Assembly: GCA_040384285.1 (NCBI GenBank)
Contig: JAZKJN010000010.1
Span: 11,995 to 75,994 of the forward strand
From: Patescibacteria group bacterium
GTDB taxonomy: Bacteria; Patescibacteriota; Minisyncoccia; Phycocordibacterales; PALSA-1337
DNA length: 64,000 bases
Direction of reading: 5' to 3'
Shown here: positions 18,412 through 27,878 of the stretch, piece by piece
How positions within the stretch are numbered: position 1 is the first letter of the stretch
How the letters are laid out: the number at the start of each line of letters is the position of its first letter
Position numbers and translations under genes: made by a program
The notes under the pieces: generated by a model
The model's database searches: none
What the model was told of the DNA's origin: nothing
Seen by the model: only the letters and a program-made list of their open reading frames with translations

Positions 18412-20082
18412 TTAATCTTCTATCGTAATAACACGCTCGAGCTCGTCGAGAGATGTCACTCCTTGAAGGATTTTTATTACCCCGTCCTGTTTCAATGTAG
18501 GGATTCCCTGTGGAAGGGAAGCTTTTTCGATTTCTTCAGAACTTGGATTGCTATCGATCACGGTCACAACCTCTGGACTGAGCTTGAGTCCTTCGTAAAT
18601 ACCAATTCGTCCCTTGTATCCAGTCTGATTACATTTTTCACAGCCACCTGCAGTGAAAATAGTGTCAGGCATTGGAGGGATATCATTCTTGTCGTAAATT
18701 CCTGCAACAACTTCATCAATTTTTCTTTTTACTTCACCTTCAATGGCAACAGGCTTTTTACAATCAGGACATAGTCGTCGCACAAGTCGCTGTGCCATGG
18801 CGATGTTGATCGATGAACTCATGATTTTTGAATTGATGCCGAGGTCAATGAGGCGGGGGAATGCTCCGGCCGCGCTGTTTGTGTGGAGTGTTGAAAATAC
18901 GAGGTGACCTGTGAGGGAAGAGTTGATAGCAATAGACGCAGTCTCTCCATCTCGGATCTCACCGATCATGATGACGTCAGGATCTTGTCGCAGTGCTGAA
19001 CGAAGTCCGTCGAGAAATGTATACCCCTTGTCATTTGTCTGGGTCTGCACGATTCCGGGGAGGTGGTACTCGATAGGGTCTTCGATGGTGATAATTTTTA
19101 CAGTTGGGTTGTGTACCTTTTTTAGGAAGGCGTAGAGGGTTGTGGTCTTTCCGGAACCAGTAGGTCCTGTGGTGAGAAGCATTCCGTTTGGCTTTGTGAT
19201 TTCTCGCAAAAGAACAGAAAGAAGCTTTGGGGGAATACCAAGCTCTTCCAAAGGTACGCCAATAGACTTTGGATTGAGTATTCGCATTACCACTGACTCG
19301 TTGTAGGCGCCGGGGAGGATAGATGTTCGGATTTCAATATCACTATCACCAATGTGCACGCTGAAACGACCATCCTGCGCATCTTTTTTTATATTGAGTT
19401 TGAGGCCTGAGAGCAATTTGATACGAGACAGAAGGAGATTGTAGGTATCTCGGTCAAAGTTCAAAACATTTACGAGAACTCCGTCGAGACGGTAGCGGAG
19501 ACGAATATATTCTTCCTCAGGCTCGATGTGGATGTCGGAAGCTCCGGTAGCGAGCGATCCCGCAAGGATAGTTTCCAAAATACGTGAGACACGATAGCTC
19601 TTTTTCATCGAAAGGGTGTTTTCTAGTATCGAGATCACGGTAGGGAGGCCTTTTGCTTTTGCTACGATTTCAGAAATCTCTTCACTAGAGACTTCGAGTG
19701 ATCCGGCTTTTGATTCATAGGCAAAAGAGAGGTCTTTGTATGAGTTCCATGCTTTTTCAAGACTTGCAGTCGAGCAGATATAGAGCGTCGGCTCAAAATT
19801 TTTGTTTTTAAGATCCGCCATCATCTCTTGTACTTCTATTGCATCGGGCTGGCGTGTAGCGATCTTTACCTTCTTATCAACAAGAGAAAATGCCGCCATT
19901 TTTCCTGCACGAGCAAGTTTTTCTTCGATGAGTCGGAGAGCGTCGGTGTTGATGAGTGTTACCGTAAGATCAATGTATTCGACGTTGTACTTTGTCGACA
20001 TAAGCTGCACAAGGTCCTCTTCCTCGCTTTTGTGCAAGTCATTCAGTCTGCGTATTTGCTTGTCTTCATCAAACTGGATCAT
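18412..20082 (-). CDS. pilB: type IV pilus / type II secretion assembly ATPase (PilB/GspE family)
   Basis: An N-terminal GSPII_E_N-like domain, Walker A in TGPTGSGKTTTLYA, and a tetracysteine motif CPDCKK...CEKCNQTGYKGRIGIYE. Confidence 0.85.
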   Translation of the reverse strand: MIQFDEDKQIRRLNDLHKSEEEDLVQLMSTKYNVEYIDLTVTLINTDALRLIEEKLARAGKMAAFSLVDKKVKIATRQPDAIEVQEMMADLKNKNFEPTLYICSTASLEKAWNSYKDLSFAYESKAGSLEVSSEEISEIVAKAKGLPTVISILENTLSMKKSYRVSRILETILAGSLATGASDIHIEPEEEYIRLRYRLDGVLVNVLNFDRDTYNLLLSRIKLLSGLKLNIKKDAQDGRFSVHIGDSDIEIRTSILPGAYNESVVMRILNPKSIGVPLEELGIPPKLLSVLLREITKPNGMLLTTGPTGSGKTTTLYAFLKKVHNPTVKIITIEDPIEYHLPGIVQTQTNDKGYTFLDGLRSALRQDPDVIMIGEIRDGETASIAINSSLTGHLVFSTLHTNSAAGAFPRLIDLGINSKIMSSSINIAMAQRLVRRLCPDCKKPVAIEGEVKRKIDEVVAGIYDKNDIPPMPDTIFTAGGCEKCNQTGYKGRIGIYEGLKLSPEVVTVIDSNPSSEEIEKASLPQGIPTLKQDGVIKILQGVTSLDELERVITIED

Positions 20083-20287
20083 GTTGGTGTAATTATATCG
20101 TAGATTGACATAAGGATGAAATCTGATTTACTTAACAACACTATGTTACTTTCTGCGACAATATCTACCTGGTCTGGATTTGCTTACGCCGCTCAGAGCT
20201 AAACGAGAGGCGGCTTTTAACTTTGAAAAACCGCTTCTCATGGGCGGCTTTTTGTTGGCACACTAATACAGTTAAAGAATAAATACC

Positions 20288-21562
20288 ATGAATAATTTTG
20301 AAAGATATTACGAGACAATAGAATTTTTAGAAGGACTATCCAACCTGCCACTGAAGGGCGACTATATGGTGAGGAGAGGAAATCTTGATGCATATCTCAA
20401 AAAGATGCGACACTTTTTGGAATTGCTCGGAAATCCTGACCATGCCTATAAAATAATCCACATTACCGGAACTTCTGGAAAGGGGAGCGTTACAAACATA
20501 CTTCATGAAGTTCTGCATGCTTCTGGCAAAAAGGTCGGTTCTTTTACTTCTCCTTTCGTTACAACCTCTATTGAAAAAATACGTGTAGGTGAATTATTTA
20601 TTTCTCCTGACGAACTTGCTGATATTGTCGATTATCTCAAGCCATACATAGAACAAGAATATCTACACAGTCCTTACGGGAGACCGTCATATTTCGAAAT
20701 ATTCCTAGCTATCGCTCTCGTGTATTTTCAAAGACAAAAATGTGAGTGGGTGGTACTTGAAGTAGGTCTCGGTGGAAGATATGACGCAACAAACGTCATT
20801 GCACCTCCTGTTATTTCTGCAATTACAAATATTGATTACGATCATACGAGTATTCTAGGAAAGACGCTCCGAGAAATTGCACATGATAAGGCTGGGATTA
20901 TAAAAAAGGGATCAGACTTTTTTACGACGGAAAATCGATCACCACTGCTCAAGAAGTTTAGGGAGATATGTAAAAACAAAAAAGCTATTTTCCATCTAGT
21001 TTCTTCAGGAAAAGATTACCGGAAATCGAACACAGACCTCGTTGCTTCTATTGCCCGACATGTAGGGGTTTCGGAGGGGGATATTGCGACTGGGATTAAA
21101 AAAGCTTCTCTGCCATGTCGCTTTGAAGTTGTACAAAAGAAACCTCTCGTGATTCTTGATGGTGCACACAATCGAGCAAAGATGCGCAGTACTGTAGCGA
21201 ATCTAAAAAATGTTTCTTTCGATAAACTCCACCTCGTTATAGGTATGGCAGACAACAAAGACGATCAATCAATTCTCAAAGAAATAATTCCTCTTGCTGA
21301 TAGTGTCTACATAACTCGATTTCAAATCAAAGATAGAAAATGTGCACATCCAAAAGTCCTTGCAAAGAGATGTGAAAAGTTTTTGCGCAAAGGTGTGGAT
21401 GTAAGTACCTATCTCGACTCTCACCAGGCGTTGTCTCGCGCATTGTCTCAGGCAAAAGGAAACGATCTCGTTCTGGTCACAGGGTCCTTTTTCTTAGCAG
21501 GGGATCTACGAAAAAGATGGGTTCCTGAGAAAACCATTTTAACAAGACGAAAAAGTTTCTAA
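20288..21562 (+). CDS. folC: folylpolyglutamate synthase / dihydrofolate synthase (Mur-ligase family)
   Basis: P-loop in HITGTSGKGSV with the FolC-type domain order. 424 aa. Confidence 0.75.
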   Translation: MNNFERYYETIEFLEGLSNLPLKGDYMVRRGNLDAYLKKMRHFLELLGNPDHAYKIIHITGTSGKGSVTNILHEVLHASGKKVGSFTSPFVTTSIEKIRVGELFISPDELADIVDYLKPYIEQEYLHSPYGRPSYFEIFLAIALVYFQRQKCEWVVLEVGLGGRYDATNVIAPPVISAITNIDYDHTSILGKTLREIAHDKAGIIKKGSDFFTTENRSPLLKKFREICKNKKAIFHLVSSGKDYRKSNTDLVASIARHVGVSEGDIATGIKKASLPCRFEVVQKKPLVILDGAHNRAKMRSTVANLKNVSFDKLHLVIGMADNKDDQSILKEIIPLADSVYITRFQIKDRKCAHPKVLAKRCEKFLRKGVDVSTYLDSHQALSRALSQAKGNDLVLVTGSFFLAGDLRKRWVPEKTILTRRKSF

Positions 21563-21578
21563 ATAACAAATCAAAATA

Positions 21579-21929
21579 ATGGCCAAAATACTTATATCAG
21601 GAATAGTTTTAAGATCTATAGATAAAATTAAAACTGCTGAGTTTTATTCGAGGCTCGGCCTCGTTATTCATGATCATCAACATGGAGGACCAATGCATTA
21701 TGAGGTCAAAGATGTATCTAAAGATTTTGTTGTTGAAATATATCAGAACTCAGAAAAGTTTTGTCGGGATGCCCTCATGATTGAAGTTGAACACATGCAA
21801 GATGCTCTCGATGCACTCAAAGAATTCTGTGGAAACGAAACCTTACATCAAAAGGAGGCAGCCACAATGAGATTCGTCTATATCAAGGATCCAGACGGTA
21901 GGGACGTCATGCTCATTGAGCAAAAATAA
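21579..21929 (+). CDS. VOC-family (glyoxalase/bleomycin-resistance fold) protein
   Basis: 116 aa with a paired beta-alpha-beta-beta-beta-like pattern and a C-terminal RFVYIKDPDGRDVMLIE typical of VOC domains. Confidence 0.55.
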   Translation: MAKILISGIVLRSIDKIKTAEFYSRLGLVIHDHQHGGPMHYEVKDVSKDFVVEIYQNSEKFCRDALMIEVEHMQDALDALKEFCGNETLHQKEAATMRFVYIKDPDGRDVMLIEQK

Positions 21930-21965
21930 CCTTATTTCTAGCCCTAAAATACCTTGACTTTACTC

Positions 21966-21995
21966 ATATATATGTGATATAATATATGAGTAGGT
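21966..21995 (+). promoter_or_regulatory. near-consensus sigma70-type promoter with an extended -10
   Basis: TTGACT (21966-21971), an 18-bp spacer ending in TG, then TATAAT (21990-21995). It lies ~48 bp upstream of the lipoprotein gene start. Confidence 0.4.
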
Positions 21996-22042
21996 GAGGG
22001 TATGGTATCTTCACTGCATTCAACTCAAACAAGTTCCGTTTT

Positions 22043-22468
22043 ATGAAAATGTTTCAATTGCTCTTCGTCAGTTTGGTGGCGTTCGTTGCCACGGGATGCG
22101 TACAGCTTAAGCAGTACGGAATCGTCAAGGGTTGGGAAGGACCGAGTATGGAGGACATGGCGCCCGATCGGAAGCTCGGCCGTTCACAACTTCCTCCCAC
22201 AGTTGTTCCCCGGAGTTCCTACGTGTTTGATAGCGGATCTGGATATCGCTATGAGCATCGTCAGGGAACAGACACCTCGGTCACTCGCTCGTGGGATCCG
22301 TGGAGCGGACCTCGGTTCGATGTGAACAGGAACACATACGACAACACCCATGAGTCGTACACACTCCGGCCCATCTACCCTCAGACGGTAGACGTCTATC
22401 CTGAGCGTTACCCAAACGCTCCAGCAGTAGGGGTTCCACTCAGGCCATTCATCACCCAGCCGAAGTAA
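22043..22468 (+). CDS. putative lipoprotein, compositionally atypical (GC-rich)
   Basis: Signal peptide with a lipobox (VATGC). The gene is visibly GC-richer (~55%) than its surroundings. No homology recognised. Confidence 0.5.
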   Translation: MKMFQLLFVSLVAFVATGCVQLKQYGIVKGWEGPSMEDMAPDRKLGRSQLPPTVVPRSSYVFDSGSGYRYEHRQGTDTSVTRSWDPWSGPRFDVNRNTYDNTHESYTLRPIYPQTVDVYPERYPNAPAVGVPLRPFITQPK

Positions 22469-22544
22469 TTCGGCACACACCACCCGGTGCAGTCTTCTTT
22501 CGAGGAGTTCTGCCCGGGCGGTTTTTTTATGCTATATTTCTTTT

Positions 22545-22982
22545 ATGAAAAAGGTAATTACACACTCCCTCGAAGAAACGCAAAAGCTTGCGGCTGATTT
22601 TCTCGGCTCATTGCCGGTAGATAGGGAAGAAGCTCTCGTCGTAGGTCTCTATGGAAATCTCGGTGCAGGAAAGACGAGCTTTACTCAAGCACTCGCTCGA
22701 GAACTTGGAATTACAGAAGACATCACCAGTCCCACATTTGTAATTGAGAAAATATACGAGACTACTCATGCAAAGTTTGCTCGTCTCATACACATCGATG
22801 CATATCGTTTAGAAAATGGAAAAGAATTACAAAATCTTAATTTTGAAGCAGAGGTTTCAAACAAGAATAATTTGATTGTCATCGAATGGCCAGAGAATGT
22901 AAAAGAAATCTTGCCAGGAGGGATGACAAAGGTTCACTTTGAACACAAAGGAGGGGACAGCAGAGAGTTGTCTTTTTCCTAG
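22545..22982 (+). CDS. tsaE: tRNA threonylcarbamoyladenosine biosynthesis protein TsaE
   Basis: P-loop in GNLGAGKTSF and the SPTF motif. 145 aa. Confidence 0.8.
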   Translation: MKKVITHSLEETQKLAADFLGSLPVDREEALVVGLYGNLGAGKTSFTQALARELGITEDITSPTFVIEKIYETTHAKFARLIHIDAYRLENGKELQNLNFEAEVSNKNNLIVIEWPENVKEILPGGMTKVHFEHKGGDSRELSFS

Positions 22983-23019
22983 ATAATTGTATTCTAGAGG
23001 GCAGAAGGAGGTGGTTTAA

Positions 23020-23223
23020 ATGCCAGCACATCTCGTCTCTCGTGGACGTGCCCTTGCCCTGCTCGGCGCACAGTTTCCTGGAAACAAGGAGGAGGTAAGG
23101 CGTGTTGCGGAAGATCTACTCACGCAACGCCCAGCCTTCTTTTTCCAAGGCCCGCTTGTTGACGTCGAAGAACTTGCTCGTACAGTTTCGTACGCACCCG
23201 AGTTCCTTCAGAGAACTGCATGA
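23020..23223 (+). CDS. small GC-rich ORF (67 aa) with a strong Shine-Dalgarno; could instead be part of a structured RNA
   Basis: A perfect AGGAGGTG lies 7 nt upstream of the ATG, which is unusual in this SD-poor window. GC is ~54%. An intrinsic terminator follows. Confidence 0.3.
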   Translation: MPAHLVSRGRALALLGAQFPGNKEEVRRVAEDLLTQRPAFFFQGPLVDVEELARTVSYAPEFLQRTA

Positions 23224-23232
23224 TCTGTCATC

Positions 23233-23260
23233 GCCGGTCCCTCCTGGGCCGGCTTTTTTT
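23233..23260 (+). terminator. rho-independent terminator
   Basis: Stem GCCGGTCC/GGGCCGGC with one G-U pair, loop CTCCT, then TTTTTTT. Confidence 0.45.
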
Positions 23261-23287
23261 ATTGCCCGAGAAGTGTACAATAGGGCT

Positions 23288-25687
23288 ATGTCAAAAGACT
23301 CTCCCTCTACCCACAAACGCCTCATTCTCCTCGATGCCCACGCCATTCTCCATCGCGCATATCACGCCTTGCCTGACTTCGTCTCTGTAAAAGGCGAGCC
23401 AACCGGTGGCCTCTATGGAGTCACAACTATGCTTATGAAGATCATCGATGAGCTCAAGCCTGACTATATTGTCGCTTGTTACGATCTTCCCGGTCCTACA
23501 TTTCGAAACGAAGTCTACAAGAACTACAAAGCCGGACGAAAGAAGGCTGACGGAGCCCTCGTTGCTCAGATGAAGCGATCGAGAGATATTTTTCATGCAT
23601 TCGACATACCCATCTATGACAAACCAGGTTTTGAAGCGGACGACATGCTCGGGACAATTGTCGAGAAACTGAAGAAAGACAAAGAAACTGAAATCGTCAT
23701 TGCTTCTGGTGATATGGATACATTGCAATTAGTAGACGACAAAAAAGTCCAAGTCTACACGCTTAAGAAGGGGATCAAGGATACGATTCTTTACGATGAA
23801 GATGGTGTGAAGGAACGTTTTGGTTTTGGTCCGGAACTTTTGCCCGACTACAAGGGACTTCGTGGAGACCCGTCTGACAATATCATCGGTATTGCAGGTA
23901 TCGGAGAAAAAACAGCAACCATACTCATCACGACTTTTGGATCCATCGAAAACATGTACAAGGTGCTTGAGAAAAAAGGAGGTGAAGAGAAATTTAAAGC
24001 AGTCGGGATCACGGAAAGAATTTTGAATCTTTTGAAAGAAGGAAAAGAGGAGGCACTTTTTAGCAAAATGCTTGCGACCATCCGTCGTGATGCACCGATC
24101 GATTTTAAATTGCCTGAACAGGAATTTGCCACAGCCATCGATCGTGTGAAGGTAAAAAAGCTTTTTGAAGATCTTGATTTTAGATTGCTCGGTGCACGAC
24201 TCGACTATGTGCTCGATGGGAAAAGGGTAGATACTCAAAAAGAGACTCTCGCAAAAAAGGAAGAAACATCAAAGATCCTCCAAAATATCGATCCAGAAGA
24301 ACTTAAAAAAACTTCTGTCGCACTTTGGATACTCAATTCAAATATTTCAGATCCGAAACTAGAGGATATTTTTTCTTTTGCAAAGACAGAGGATTTTACA
24401 AAGGCATCAGAAATTATCTTCTCTGAACTTGAAAAGCAGGGGTTGAAAAAAGTCTACGACGGCATCGAAGCACCCATCATACCCATTGTTGATGCAATGC
24501 AAAAGAGGGGAGTAAAGATCGATGTGAAGTTTCTCAAAGATCTTTCAAAGACCTACCATACTGAGCTTACAAAGATTGAGAAAAAGATATGGGAACTTGC
24601 GGGAGTGGAATTTAATGTGGCTTCACCAAAGCAATTGGGCGAGATTCTTTTTGACAAACTTATGCTCACCGCAAAGGGTTTGAAGAAAACAACGGGTGGT
24701 GCACGTTCGACACGTGAATCAGAACTCGAAAAGCTTCGTGATGCTCACCCTATTGTCCCACTCATCTTTGAACACCGTGAACTTTCCAAACTCCTTTCAA
24801 CATACATCGACACCATTCCTGCCCTCGTAGGGGATGATGGACGTCTGCATGCGCGCTTTGTACAGGCAGGAACTACTACAGGCCGTATGTCCTCAGAAGG
24901 TCCCAATCTTCAAAATATTCCTATAAAGACAGAGCTCGGTCGTGCCATCCGCAAAGCCTTCATCGCAGAAGATGGTTTTGTTCTCTCAGCTCTCGACTAC
25001 TCTCAGATCGAGCTACGCATCGCCGCCTTTCTTTCAAAAGATCAGAAGCTCATAGAGATTTTCACTACAGGACAGGACGTACACACAGCTGTTGCCAGTG
25101 AAGTTTTTGAAGTTCCTCTTGAAAAAGTTGATAAAGAAATGCGTCGAAAAGCAAAGGTGATCAACTTTGGAATTCTCTATGGAATGGGAGTGACGGCTTT
25201 GCGTACCAATCTCGGAGAAGGAGCAACGCGTGGAGAAGCACAAAAGTTTTATGATGATTATTTTAAAAAGTTTTCAGGACTGGCAACATATCTTGGTGCA
25301 GTAAAGGCTGATGCAGAGCGAAAGGGATATACCGAAACATATTTTGGTCGACGAAGATATTTTGAGGGTATCAAATCAAAAGTTCCTTTCATCCGTGCGA
25401 TGGCTGAGCGCATGGCGATCAATGCACCGATCCAAGGGACAAATGCAGACATCGTAAAGATCGCTATTAAACGCATCGACGACTATCTCAAGGCAGAAAA
25501 AGCAGAAGCCTTTCTCATTCTCCAGGTACACGACGAACTCGTCTATGAGATCAAGAAAGAGGGAGCAGAAAAACTTGTGGAGGGAATCAAAAAGATTATG
25601 GAATCCGTAATCGATCCGAAAGATATTTATGGTATCACCGCAGTTGCAAATGCGGAGATTGGAAACAACTGGGGGGATTTAAAATAA
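23288..25687 (+). CDS. polA: DNA polymerase I (5'-3' exonuclease plus polymerase domains)
   Basis: An N-terminal FEN/5'-3' exo domain (LILLDAHAILHRAYHA...). Pol A motif B in RRKAKVINFGILYGMG and motif C in QVHDELVYE. The start at MSKDSP.. is preferred over the upstream in-frame ATG at 23102. Confidence 0.9.
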   Translation: MSKDSPSTHKRLILLDAHAILHRAYHALPDFVSVKGEPTGGLYGVTTMLMKIIDELKPDYIVACYDLPGPTFRNEVYKNYKAGRKKADGALVAQMKRSRDIFHAFDIPIYDKPGFEADDMLGTIVEKLKKDKETEIVIASGDMDTLQLVDDKKVQVYTLKKGIKDTILYDEDGVKERFGFGPELLPDYKGLRGDPSDNIIGIAGIGEKTATILITTFGSIENMYKVLEKKGGEEKFKAVGITERILNLLKEGKEEALFSKMLATIRRDAPIDFKLPEQEFATAIDRVKVKKLFEDLDFRLLGARLDYVLDGKRVDTQKETLAKKEETSKILQNIDPEELKKTSVALWILNSNISDPKLEDIFSFAKTEDFTKASEIIFSELEKQGLKKVYDGIEAPIIPIVDAMQKRGVKIDVKFLKDLSKTYHTELTKIEKKIWELAGVEFNVASPKQLGEILFDKLMLTAKGLKKTTGGARSTRESELEKLRDAHPIVPLIFEHRELSKLLSTYIDTIPALVGDDGRLHARFVQAGTTTGRMSSEGPNLQNIPIKTELGRAIRKAFIAEDGFVLSALDYSQIELRIAAFLSKDQKLIEIFTTGQDVHTAVASEVFEVPLEKVDKEMRRKAKVINFGILYGMGVTALRTNLGEGATRGEAQKFYDDYFKKFSGLATYLGAVKADAERKGYTETYFGRRRYFEGIKSKVPFIRAMAERMAINAPIQGTNADIVKIAIKRIDDYLKAEKAEAFLILQVHDELVYEIKKEGAEKLVEGIKKIMESVIDPKDIYGITAVANAEIGNNWGDLK

Positions 25688-25693
25688 CTTGCG

Positions 25694-26350
25694 ATGATAT
25701 ATTTTTTCCACGGGACTGATGTAGAGAAGGCGAGGGGCAAGGCTCATGACCTCATTGAATCTTTGCAGAAGAAAAAGCCCGATGCTTCGTTTGTAAAAAT
25801 CGATGCAGAGAACTTTTCTGTACATATCCTCGACGAATATATCGGAGGACAAGGTCTTTTTGTTTCAAAAAATATTGTCTTTCTCGATCGCCTCTGTGAG
25901 AAGAAAGATATCAAGGAAGAATTTGTGGGGAAGATAAAGGAAATTGCTGAGTCAGAAAATATTTTTATTGTACTTGAAGGCAAGCTCGACAAAGTAACTT
26001 TAGGAAAGATCGAAAAGAAGGCAGAGAAAACTGCTGCTTTTGATTTTGCAGAGAAGCCAGCCAAAAAAGAATATGGAGCTTTCGCATTTGCAGATGCATT
26101 TGGGAAGAAAGATAGAAAGAATGCATGGATGCTTTATAGAAAAGCGATTGATGGAGGTGAGGCACCTGAAGCTCTACATGGAATGATCTTTTGGAAAGCA
26201 AAGACCATGATGCTTGCCGGCGGGGGATATGGATGGAGTGGTGTGGAACTCAAAAAAACTTTAGATGATCTCGTGACCGTGTATCATGATTCACGCAGGG
26301 GAGTACATGAACTTGAGACAGGGCTTGAGGCTTTTTTGTTGACAATGTAG
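25694..26350 (+). CDS. DNA polymerase III delta subunit-like (short HolA)
   Basis: MIYFFHGTD... N-terminus and a C-terminal FAFADAFGKKDRKNAWMLYRK...EALHGMIFWKAK segment resemble HolA. At 218 aa it is shorter than canonical HolA. Confidence 0.4.
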   Translation: MIYFFHGTDVEKARGKAHDLIESLQKKKPDASFVKIDAENFSVHILDEYIGGQGLFVSKNIVFLDRLCEKKDIKEEFVGKIKEIAESENIFIVLEGKLDKVTLGKIEKKAEKTAAFDFAEKPAKKEYGAFAFADAFGKKDRKNAWMLYRKAIDGGEAPEALHGMIFWKAKTMMLAGGGYGWSGVELKKTLDDLVTVYHDSRRGVHELETGLEAFLLTM

Positions 26351-26403
26351 GAGGGGAGGAGTAAGTTTTGGAATAGAAATCGTCAACAAAATACAAAAAA
26401 GTT

Positions 26404-27297
26404 ATGGACAAATTCACATTCCTAGCTCCTTTTGGAGCAACCTTTTCTCACTTAGCGTATAACGCTTTGTCAGAGGCGTTCGAGGGTCCTCATCCAATAC
26501 TTAGGAATTACACTCCTTCTACCTCTAACGAGGATGTGCTCAGGCTAATGAAGCAAAACTCGTTTTTGGGACGTCGCTGTTACGGAGCAATTGCCATGGA
26601 GACTTCAGCGAAAGGGCGCATAACCCAATCGCTAGAGCCTTTCATTGGACTACTTTCTACGTATGGTGATACGGAATCATGTCCTTTTCATGTGGTGGGA
26701 GCAGTGAAGCTCGGTATCGACTTTTGCTGTATGGCTCGGAAAGGAATAAAACTTGAGTCTGCGACAAAAGTTATTGCTCATCAAGAGGCTTTGTTTACCT
26801 GCAGAAATTGGGTTGGGCAGATGTTACCCGAAGCCACTTCTGAGATGGTTTCGAGCAATGGAGAAGCTGCGCGTCGTGTTGCTGAAGAAGTGGGATACGA
26901 AACGTCTGTTGCTCTTGGTCCGCAGTGTGCGGCTGATATGTACGGTCTAGAAGTACTCACACAGTCATGCCAAGACACGGAAGCAAAAACCACCTTCTTT
27001 CTTCTTGCTCCATATACTCATGCGGCCATAATGGGGGAGAACAATCGGGCACTTGTTATGTTTGAGTTGCCGCACAAGCCAGGTGCTCTGGCAAAAGCAC
27101 TCACACTTTTTGCCGATCAAGCTCTCAACCTTATCCAGATCCACTCTACACATATCGGAAATCAGAACTATCACTTTGTGATTGAGCTCGATATCCGAAG
27201 GGGTGAAGAAGATTCTTTCTCACGTGCAATGAGATCTTTCCGCCGGTGTGTTAAAAGACACATCGTCTTCGGACCTTTCGAAGTTGTTTCTCGCTAA
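26404..27297 (+). CDS. prephenate dehydratase-like protein (PDT domain plus ACT domain), divergent
   Basis: FLAPFGATFSHLA (N-terminal PDT motif), GAIAMETSAKGRI (ENS-like), TTFFLLAP (TRF-like), and a C-terminal ACT-like LPHKPGALAKALTLFA...IQIHST. Confidence 0.5.
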   Translation: MDKFTFLAPFGATFSHLAYNALSEAFEGPHPILRNYTPSTSNEDVLRLMKQNSFLGRRCYGAIAMETSAKGRITQSLEPFIGLLSTYGDTESCPFHVVGAVKLGIDFCCMARKGIKLESATKVIAHQEALFTCRNWVGQMLPEATSEMVSSNGEAARRVAEEVGYETSVALGPQCAADMYGLEVLTQSCQDTEAKTTFFLLAPYTHAAIMGENNRALVMFELPHKPGALAKALTLFADQALNLIQIHSTHIGNQNYHFVIELDIRRGEEDSFSRAMRSFRRCVKRHIVFGPFEVVSR

Positions 27298-27302
27298 TCA
27301 CA

Positions 27303-27326
27303 CCCTGCTTCGGCAGTGGTTTTTTT
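27303..27326 (+). terminator. rho-independent terminator after the prephenate dehydratase-like gene
   Basis: CTGC-TTCG-GCAG hairpin (UUCG loop) with flanking pairs, then TTTTTTT. Confidence 0.4.
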
Positions 27327-27715
27327 ATTGCAAATTTAAAAAGAAAAAAGCGGTCGACATCGAGCCGATCGCTTGTGTGAACACATAGTAATAGTCTACC
27401 CCGCCAGAATCCCTAAGGATTCATCCAGTGTGCGTACTCGAGTAACGCACAGGTTGTTGCAATGGTTGCTCGTAACTTCCATCGATAGCAGCAGCGTCTT
27501 TAGTGTGAAGGCTCTCGCCATTCCACCTAGGCGACTGTCCGGGCTGGTCACAGATGTGGCTTTTCAATCCGCACATGTGGAGTTTGGCTTTTGGCCCTGC
27601 TCATTTCAACTCCCTTTCGTCGTTATGATCCGAGCTTGCGCTGGGTCCATATCTACCGACTTTCAACTTACTACTATGGGTTCGGTATAAGGTTACTCCT
27701 CGATAAAATAAAAGT

Positions 27716-27753
27716 CAAACAAAAAATCCCCGCCCTGCTTTCGCAAGACGGGG
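27716..27753 (-). terminator. strong rho-independent terminator on the minus strand downstream of tRNA-Lys
   Basis: On the minus strand: CCCCGUCUUGC-GAAA-GCAGGGCGGGG (11-bp stem with 2 G-U pairs and a GNRA loop), then AUUUUUUGUUUG. Confidence 0.55.
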
Positions 27754-27878
27754 AGACGTGGCACGGTCGGAGAGACAGTAGCTAGTGGATGTGGGGTCGC
27801 ACCGCTATATTCGTGCCATTGAATATAATACCACGTTGTGGTATTTCTGTAAAGTATTTAAGAGATGTCTTCTGTCTG

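Noticed and set aside
22480-22530. Terminator call after the GC-rich lipoprotein gene
   Set aside because: A T7 run is present after GCCCGGGCGG, but the stem needs a 17-nt loop or is a too-short palindrome. The element is too ambiguous to list as a feature.
23102-23287. Upstream in-frame ATG extension of polA (861-aa version)
   Set aside because: The extension runs through the GC-rich small ORF and terminator region. PolA homology starts at MSKDSP... (23288).
23729-24238. Antisense ORFs inside polA (and similar antisense ORFs inside PBP1A, VirB4, pilB, thyA)
   Set aside because: They lie entirely within well-supported genes on the opposite strand. Long genes in AT-leaning DNA routinely produce such antisense ORFs.
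27373-27690. 105-aa ORF in the tRNA-Lys-adjacent spacer
   Set aside because: Composition (Ser/Arg/Cys/Trp-rich, no hydrophobic core pattern) and GC-rich hairpins suggest non-coding RNA rather than protein.
27330-27878. Specific identification as tmRNA, 5S rRNA, SRP RNA or RNase P RNA
   Set aside because: There is no tRNA-like T-arm with a CCA end and no tag-peptide frame (tmRNA). No CCGAAC or loop-E motifs (5S). No GGUCCGGAAGGAAGCAGC motif (SRP). Only a partial GAAAGUCGG match to the RNase P P4 strand, with no complementary 3' strand found. The region is left as ncRNA of unknown class.
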